A stretch of DNA of 56,884 bases, from NCBI GenBank assembly GCA_964419335.1, contig CAYQOX010000007.1, forward strand, positions 65,189 to 122,072, written 5' to 3'. Position 1 is the first letter of the stretch. Each line of letters starts with the position of its first letter. The position numbers were made by a program, and so were the translations under genes. This DNA comes from an uncultured bacterium. GTDB taxonomy: Bacteria > Hinthialibacterota > Hinthialibacteria > Hinthialibacterales > Hinthialibacteraceae. Positions 20,801 through 29,800 of this stretch are shown in pieces. Under the pieces are notes generated by a model. It made no database searches. It saw only the letters and a list, made by a program, of their open reading frames with translations, and was not told the origin of the DNA.

Positions 20801-23800
20801 CTGCATGATAAGTCATCGATGTTTGATTTTCGGCTTGAGGTTATTGAGGAACAAGACTCTTTATCGCTGGATTTTCAATATTCCACCCAACTTTTTTCTC
20901 GTGAATCGATTGAGAGATGGGTGAAGTATTTCCATCAACTTCTCGATGAGATACTACAAGATCCTTCTACTCCATTGGGTGTAATTGATATTTTACCTCT
21001 TAGCGAGAAAGAATGGTTGAAGCAATGTAACCAAACCCAAGCGGATTATCCCCAAAAAACCATTATCGAATTATTTGAAGAGCAAGTGGCCAAAACCCCC
21101 GAGCGAATAGCGCTTGTTTTTCAAGATACTACGCTTACCTACCGTGAACTTGACCGGTGGGTAAATCGAATAGCGAACGCGCTACAGAAGAAGCACTCAA
21201 TTTCTTCCGGTGATCGGGTGGGTGTATTTCTTGAGCGATCCGAATGGGTCATCTGTGCCTTTCTTGCGATCTTGAAGACAGGCGGAGTCTATGTGCCCTT
21301 GGATAGCGAGTATCCACAGGAACGTTTACGTTTTATGATCGAAGATAGTGGATGTTCTGTAATTCTAACCCAAAAGAAGCTTCTTCCTCTACTGCCGGCG
21401 GAAGTACAGCATCTAGCCGAAGAGATAGACGAACTTGATACATACGAAGAAGCAACAATGGATACCTCGATTTCTATTGATAATCCCGCGTATGTAATTT
21501 ATACCTCTGGATCGACAGGGCAGCCAAAAGGGTGTGTTATCACTCATCGCAACGTAGTGCGTTTGGTGAAAAACAAGCGGCATGATTTTGATTTTCATGA
21601 AGAGGATGTTTGGATTTGTACGCATTCATTCTGCTTTGATTTTTCTGTATGGGAAATGTATGGCGCACTATTATATGGCGGCCGGGTTGTCATAGCCAGT
21701 AAGGAAACCACCCGCGATCCACAACGGCTTCTAAACTTACTTCGAGCGCATCGGGTAACTGTGTTGAATCAAACTCCTGCTTCATTTTTGAATTTGATAG
21801 AAGTCGAGAAAAAGCAATCCAAACATTGTTTGGATGAGCATCTGCGCTATGTCATCTTTGGCGGTGATCGTTTGGAGCCGGCGGCGCTAAAACCGTGGGT
21901 TGATCTTTATTCCCTTTCCACAATTGCTTTGATCAATATGTACGGCATTACCGAAACTACGGTGCATGTGACGTTTTATCCCATCAATGAAAGCGATATC
22001 CAATCGACTCGGGGACAAAGCCCTATCGGCCGCCCGATTCCCGAAACCCAGGTTTATGTATGCAATGCGATGATGCAAGAACAGCCAATCGGTGTGGTCG
22101 GAGAAATGTATGTTGGCGGTTCAGGTGTTTGCCAGGGATATTTAAACAGAACGGAATTAACCCAAGAACGTTTTATCCCTTCACCATGGGGTGAAGGAAG
22201 GCTTTATCGCACGGGGGACCTAGCACATCGCCTGGCTGATGGAAACTTGGTGTATCTGGGACGCAATGATCAGCAAGTGCAAATTCGGGGGCACCGGGTT
22301 GAACTGGATGAGATTCATTTCCACCTGCTGCAACATCCGTGTGTTCAAAAAGCATTGATAACAGCGCATACCAACGCCCAGGAACAGCTTGAATTGGTGG
22401 CTTATTACATAACCGAGGGCGTCGTCACGATCCAAGAATTGCGAGATCATCTTGCAGCGCGCATCCCGATGTATATGATTCCATCTTCTTTCGTAACCTT
22501 AGATGAATTCCCTCTGACTCCAAATGGGAAAATGGATCGCCGCGCCTTGCCTGATCCGCAATCGGCCAAAGTAACAAGTGAGGAAAACTTCGTTTACCCC
22601 CGAGATGAGATCGAGAAAACCATTGCCCAGGTATGGAGTGAGATTTTGGGATGCGAACGCGTGGGGATCGAGGATAATTATTTTGTCTTGGGCGGTGATT
22701 CTATCAAAGCCATCCAGATTGTCAGCCGTCTGTTCCAGGCGGGGATCGAGGTGGAAGTTCGTCATATCTTGGAAGCGCAAACCGTGGCGGGTTTGCGTGA
22801 GCATGTAAAAGATTCACGTTCCTATGAAAAAGCAGAAAGCCGCTTTGGGCTGGAACAAGAAGAACTTGATAATGTGCTTCGCTATCTAGGTGTTGAAGCA
22901 AAGCAAGTGGAAAATATTTTACCGCTTTCAACCATGCAAGAGGGCATCTTATATCACTCTATCGCGGATGAAAATTCCAATGCGTATTTCGAACAATTTA
23001 CATACCGCATACGTGGAGAACTTCATAAGCAATCTTTTGAGCAAAGCTGGAATGAGTTAGCCAAACGCCATAGCGCTTTACGTACTTCCATTGTGTATGA
23101 TCAATCCCGTGAGCCAATCCAAGTGGTTTTGCGGGATCGTCCCGTACCCTTTTATTATGAGGATTGGCGTTCATTCTCTCGTGAAGAACAGAATCAAAAA
23201 CTAGAAGAATATCAACAACGGGATCGGGAACATTCTTTTGATTTGTCTCATGAGCCGTTGATGCGAATTTCGGTTTTACGCATGGAAGAGAATGTTTATG
23301 AGGTGATTTGGAGCCATCATCATATTATTTTGGATGGATGGTCAATGGGGATTTTAGTTGAAGAGTTTATGAAGATCTATGATTCTCTTCGCGCGAATAA
23401 ACCAATCCAATTGCCTTGTGCACCTTCTTATTCTTCTTATATCGAATGGCTAATAGCCAAAGACCGGGAGGAATCCCTTTCCTTTTGGGAACAATTTCTA
23501 TGTCACTATGAAAAACCAGTATCAATACCCAAAACCAAGAACGAAAATGCCATTCAAGATTATAAGCTAAATGAGCATGTGTTCTACTTGGATGAATCCA
23601 CCACGCAGAACTTACAACAAAAAGCCCGTGAACAACACGTAACTTTGAATACAATGATGCAATCGATCTGGGCTTATATCTTGGGAACCTACAATGACTC
23701 TCGGGATGTGGTCTTTGGCGTTGTGGTTTCGGGACGTCCACCGCAGCTTGAGGGTGTGGAAAAGATGGTAGGATTGTTTTTGCAGTCGATCCCAATGCGG

Positions 23801-26800
23801 GTCCAATGGGATGCTTCCACAAAGTTTACTCAATTGGTGCAGCAAGTGCAGCGGGTTTTCTCCGAATGTGAGTCTCACCATGTTTGTTCCATGGGAGAAA
23901 TCTTATCACTCACCCCGCATAAACAAAATCTTCTCGATCATCTTTTTGTGTTTGAAAATTATCCCATGCTGGAGGCTGATTGGCGAGAAACGCTCGGCTT
24001 TAGCGTGGAGGACATTCGCAGCTATGAGCAGATGAACTATCACTTTGGGATCGTGATTCATCCTGGAAATGGACTGGAGGTGAAGTTTAGCTACAACGAA
24101 AACGTGCATACGACTGAACAGATGCGAAAGATTGAGAAGGACATTCGTTCTGTTATACAAACGATGTTGAGGGACGAGTCAGTTTCTCTCAATGAAATAA
24201 TGATCGGAGATGATTCGCGTAAACACTCAGTGCAAGTGCTAGAAGATTCCCTCTCATGGTGGAAGCGTGATCTAACCGTCCTTGATCTATTCGAAGAGCA
24301 AGTTATGAACACTCCTGATCATGTAGCGGTGGAAGGTGCATCGCGGACCCTAACGTATGTTCAATTGAACCAAGAAGCGAATGCGTTGGCGCATGCTCTA
24401 CTCCAGGCAAACGTAGGCCGCGATCGCATGGTTGGAATCTACATGGGAAATGGTATTGATTATGTGGTTAGTATGATCGCCGTACAAAAAGCCGGGGGAG
24501 TGTTTGTTCCCATTGATCCAGAGACTCCCCGAAAACGTTTGGAAACGATACTTCAAAAAATCGAAGCCACAGTAGTAATCACTCAAGCGAGCTATGTTCA
24601 ATCCTTAAAAGAATCTCTCCATGATTTTTATTCCATTGTCCAACCGGAGCATTTTTTCTTTATCGATGATTCAAACACATGGCGGCATCTATCCATGAAC
24701 AACGGTGAATCAGATTCACCGATTCCCATGATCACAGAGCCTCTACGGGATCGCCCCATGGTAACAGATAGTATGTACGTCGTTTTTACTTCGGGTTCGA
24801 CAGGCGAACCCAAGGCGATACTGGGTGGTCATAATGGCCTATCTCACTTTATCCAATGGGAGTCGTATGAATTTGATGTGGATGAGACAGTACGCACATC
24901 GAATTTGGCACCGGTGATGTTTGATGTGAGTTTACGTGATCTTTTCCTGCCATTGGTTAATGGGGGGAGCGTCATCATTCCGGCTCCCGAGGTTCGTACG
25001 GATTTATCGGCTCTGGCGCAATGGATGGGCGAGAAACAGATTACATTGGTTCACATTGTTCCTAGCATGTTTCGCTTATTGCTCAACGAAGTGGAAGCCT
25101 TATCGCTTTCACCAGAGGTGTTTCAAACCTTGCGCACTGTGATTCTCGCGGGAGAAGCGTTGTATGAAAAGGATATTCAACGCGGGCGGGCGTTATTGGG
25201 TGAGCACATCGAATACGTGAACCTCTATGGACCTTCTGAAACAACGCTGGCTAAGGTTTTCTATCGTATTCCCAAATCGATTGAAGGATCCAATCGTGGG
25301 ATCGTACTGGGCAAAGCGATGGATGGAACCAAGGCTTTTATTGTAAAAAATAATCGTGCCGCAACCGTAGGCGAAATTGGTGAAATTTACATTCAAACCC
25401 CATTCGATTGTAAAGGTTATTATGGTGACCCTGAACGTACAGCAGAGAGTTTTGTTCCCCATCCATTCAAAAATGAATCAAGTGAACAAGTTTACAGGAC
25501 TGGTGATTTGGGACGCTTGACGGCGAATGGCGATATTGAATTTGTTGGGCGTCTTGATCGCCAAGTCAAAGTAAATGGGGTACGGGTAGAGTTGGCTGAA
25601 ATTGACCGGGTACTTGGTCTTGATCCCAACATTGATCAATCCACGGTCATGATCTATTCACGTGCGGATGGAGAAAATGTACTAGTGGCCTATTACACCG
25701 AAAAATATCCTGTGAATGAAGATGCATTACGCTCTATGATGGAGCAGTATCTTCCCGCCGCGATGATTCCCAATTACTTTGTACCGTTGGATGAATTTCC
25801 CTATAACCTCAATGGTAAAATTGATCGTAAGGCTTTACCCAAACCGGAAGATTTAGTCTATGACCGGGTCGATTATGAACCGCCGCGTGATGAAATCGAA
25901 AAGCGCTTAGTTGATATATGGAAGCAGGTATTGGGCGTGAAGAAGATCGGGGTCAACTCGCCCTTCTTGCATGTAGGAGGGAATTCTCTCAAAGCGATCC
26001 GAGTCATCTCTTGGATAAATCGCGAGTTTACGTCGGATCTCAGAATACGTTCGTTCTTTGAATTGGCAACGATCCGCAAGATCGCAGAAGCTATTCGCGT
26101 TAAGAAAGAAGTGGCTGCCGATACAATCGAACCACTTCCCAAGCAGCCAGATTATCCCTTATCCCATGCCCAGCGGCGTTTATGGATATTACACCAGCTG
26201 GAGATCGACGCGCGAGCCTATAATTTACCTTCGGTCTTGCTGTTAGAAGGGTTGTTTGATGTAAACTCATTTTGTCAGGCGATGCAAATCGTGGTGGATC
26301 GCCATGAGTCCTTACGCACGACCTTTCATCAAATTAATAATGAACCCCGCCAAGTTATCCATGATCACATTGCTTTTGATGTTGAGATCGTGGACCTTCG
26401 TGATGAAACAGATGGGTTGAAGACGGCTAAAGAAAGTGTAAGAAAAGATGCGCACCGCTCTTTTGATTTGACTCAAGGTCCATTGATACGCGTGCTTCTT
26501 TATCAAATCGCGGATGAACGCTATGTCTTATTCACAAATTTTCATCACATTGTTTTTGATGGAACTTCGATCTCCGTTTTGATTCGTGATGTCTTGCATC
26601 TCTATCAAGCCTTCGTCAAGAAAGAAGAGCCGAATCTCCCCTCGCTTCGGATTCAGTACAAGGATTTTGCCGCTTGGCAAAACGCGCATCTCGCACAAGA
26701 TACGATGAAAGAGCATCGAGAATACTGGCTTAAGAAATTGGAGGGAGAACTTCCGGTGCTTAATCTTCAAACCGATTTCCCCAGGCCACCGGTGCAAACT

Positions 26801-29800
26801 TTCAACGGAGAAACGCTTTCTTTTGATTTAGATCCCAACTTGTTGACATGGTTTCGCCAATATTGTTTTGAGCATGGCGGCAGTTTATATATGGGGGCTG
26901 TCGCCTTAATAAAAACTCTATTATATCGTTATACCGGCCAGCGTGATCTGCTTGTAGGCAGTGTGATTGCTGGACGTGATCTTGATGAACTGGATGATCA
27001 AGTCGGTTTTTATGTGAATACGCTTGTGCTTCGTGATGAAATAAATCCAGAAAGTCATTTTGCTCAAATTTTTGAATCAATCAAACAAACCATCACAGAA
27101 GCGTTTGAACATCGTGAATATCCCTTTGATCAAATAGTGGATGACCTCGGCTTGGATCGAGACATGAGTCGTCCTCCGTTAACAGAAATCATGGTGGTTT
27201 ATCAAAATATGGAACGACATGATTTCGCGATTGAAGGAGTCGAAATTAAAGAACTGGATATAGATTTTCATTGCAGCAAATTCCCATTGTCGTTCGTGTT
27301 TGAAGAGAAACCTAATGGCACCTTGTCATTGAAAGTCGAATATAATACAGATCTATTTCGGCGAAAACGGATTGAACACATGGTTGGCCATCTTCATGAA
27401 TTGTTGCACAGCATCAAGGCTAACTTCAAACACCCAGTTGGTTCATTGAATATCCTTCCCGACCATGAGCAACGATTGTTGCATCAATGCAATGATACGG
27501 CTTATGATTACCCCGAGGATCAAACGATTGTTGATTTGATCGAGCATCAAGTGGATCAAAATCCTCATGCCAAGGCAGTCGTGTGTGAAAAGGTTGAATG
27601 GACTTACCGAGAACTCAATGCGAAAGCCAATTTGTTAGCCCATCGACTAATTCATACATATAAACTTCAAGCCGGCCATCATGTTGGGGTGTTAATTAGC
27701 CGAAGCGAATGGTTGCCAGTTGCTTTTCTGGGTATCCAAAAAGCGGGTGGCGTTTATGTTCCCATTGATCCCACCTACCCGCATGAACGAGTTTCGTTTA
27801 TGCTACAGGATTGTGGCGCGACGCTGCTTTTAACTGATCGCGAATTCGATCAAACTTTAAAGCAAAAAGCAAAAACGGTTTTGGATATACGGCACTTAAA
27901 TGGCAAGGACCCTAGTAATCCACGAGTGGCGATAACGAGCCGTGATGTGGCTTATGTTATCTATACCTCGGGCTCGACCGGACAGCCTAAAGGGGTATTA
28001 ATCGAACATCAAAGCGCGGTGAACCTTTCTACATATCATCGCCATAGTCTCAAAGTAAATACGAAGGATCGGGTACTGCAATTCGCGCCTGCTTCTTTTG
28101 ATGCCTCGGTGTGGGAAATGATCATGGCGCTGGTACAAGGTGCATGCTTGGTTGTTACTTCGCGTGAATGTGTCTATGATCATAAACAGTTTGAACGATA
28201 CCTTCAAAAAAACCATGTAAGCGTAGCCACCTTGCCGCCATCCTATGTTGCCGAGTTGCCGAAAGAAAGTTTGACCTCACTGCGATTGTTGGTTACCGCC
28301 GGAGAAACTGCGCGGGTGGAAGATGCACTTTCATTAAGTCAATCCATCGAATACATCAACGCATATGGTCCAACAGAATCCACCATATGTGCGACCAGCC
28401 ATCGTGTTGATCCACAAGGAAAATATCAAGATTCAATCCCCATAGGCAAACCAATTCAGAATATGGAAGTCCTTATTTTGGATGAACAAGGACAGCTTAT
28501 GCCAATGGGCTATCCTGGAGAACTCTATTTGGGGGGCGTTGGTGTAGCACGTGGCTATTTACATCGGGAGGCCTTGAATAAAGAAAAATTTGTACAACAC
28601 CCATATCGGCCAGAAGAACGGGTCTATCGTTCGGGGGATATGGGATTTTGGAACTGGAATAAGGAAATCGAATTCCTGGGAAGGATGGATGATCAGGTCA
28701 AGATCCGTGGAAATCGCATTGAACTTGGTGAAGTTGAACATTGTATAAACCAGTCTCCAGAGGTGAATGAAGTGGTTGTAACTACTAGGCAAGAGCAGGG
28801 AAGAGATTTCCTAGCTGCCTATTTCACGTCGGAAAAAGAGATTGTTCCTTCTTCTGTGCGTGAACATGTTGAAAAGCATTTACCCGAATACATGATTCCT
28901 ACTTACTGGGTGCCAATGGATGCAATTCCCACACTTCCCAATGGAAAGGTGGATCGAAAGCAACTGCCAAACCCTGTTGATGCCTCGATAAATTCAGCAC
29001 GTGAGTACATCGCTCCACGTACAGAAAAGGAAACTTGTTTGTGTCATATATGGTCGCGTGTGTTGGGGCTTCATCGGGTTGGAATTTATGATCGGTTTTT
29101 TGAACTCGGGGGTGATTCCATTAAGGCAATTCAGATCGTATCGCATGTGCAAGAAGAGGGGTATAACCTCACGGTCAAAGAAATTTTCCGTTTTCCTACC
29201 ATAGAAACTTTAGCCGCACGACTGAAGAAAAATAAAAACTTACTTTCTACGGATCTATCTAAGGAACCGATTGCTTTTACGCCTATCCAGCATTGGTTTT
29301 TTGAAGAACATCAAGATGATATTCATCATTTTAATCAATCGATCTTACTAAAACCCCAGCATACTCTTTGTATAGATGCGTTGCGACGCGCTCTGAAGGA
29401 ATTGGTGAATTATCATGATAGTTTGCGTCTTATGTTCCCTTTTGAAAACGGTGAACGTCAACAGCGTTATCGGGAAAAGGATTCGCACTTCGACCTCCTT
29501 GTGAAAGATCTCTCGAACTCGGTACATTTTGAAGAGTCTTTGAAGGAACATGCGCAAACAATCCAGCAAAGCATGGATTTACAACGTGGTCCCTTATTTA
29601 AAGCGGTCTTGTATCGACAAAACGAAGAAGAACGACTTTGGCTTGTGGCTCATCATTTCATGGTCGACGGAATAACATGGCGAATCTTGATTGAGGATTT
29701 AACCTTGGCCTATCAACAATCACTCGAAGGAAAGCAAATAACTTTACCTCCTAAGAGTGCTTCTTATCAACAATGGTCACAGGCATTACAGCACTACAGC

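Noticed and set aside
24418-24425. Single GCGATCGC (HIP1-like) octamer as a hint of cyanobacterial origin
   Set aside because: I found only one occurrence in 57 kb. HIP1-bearing cyanobacteria carry it at much higher density, so the taxon is left unassigned.
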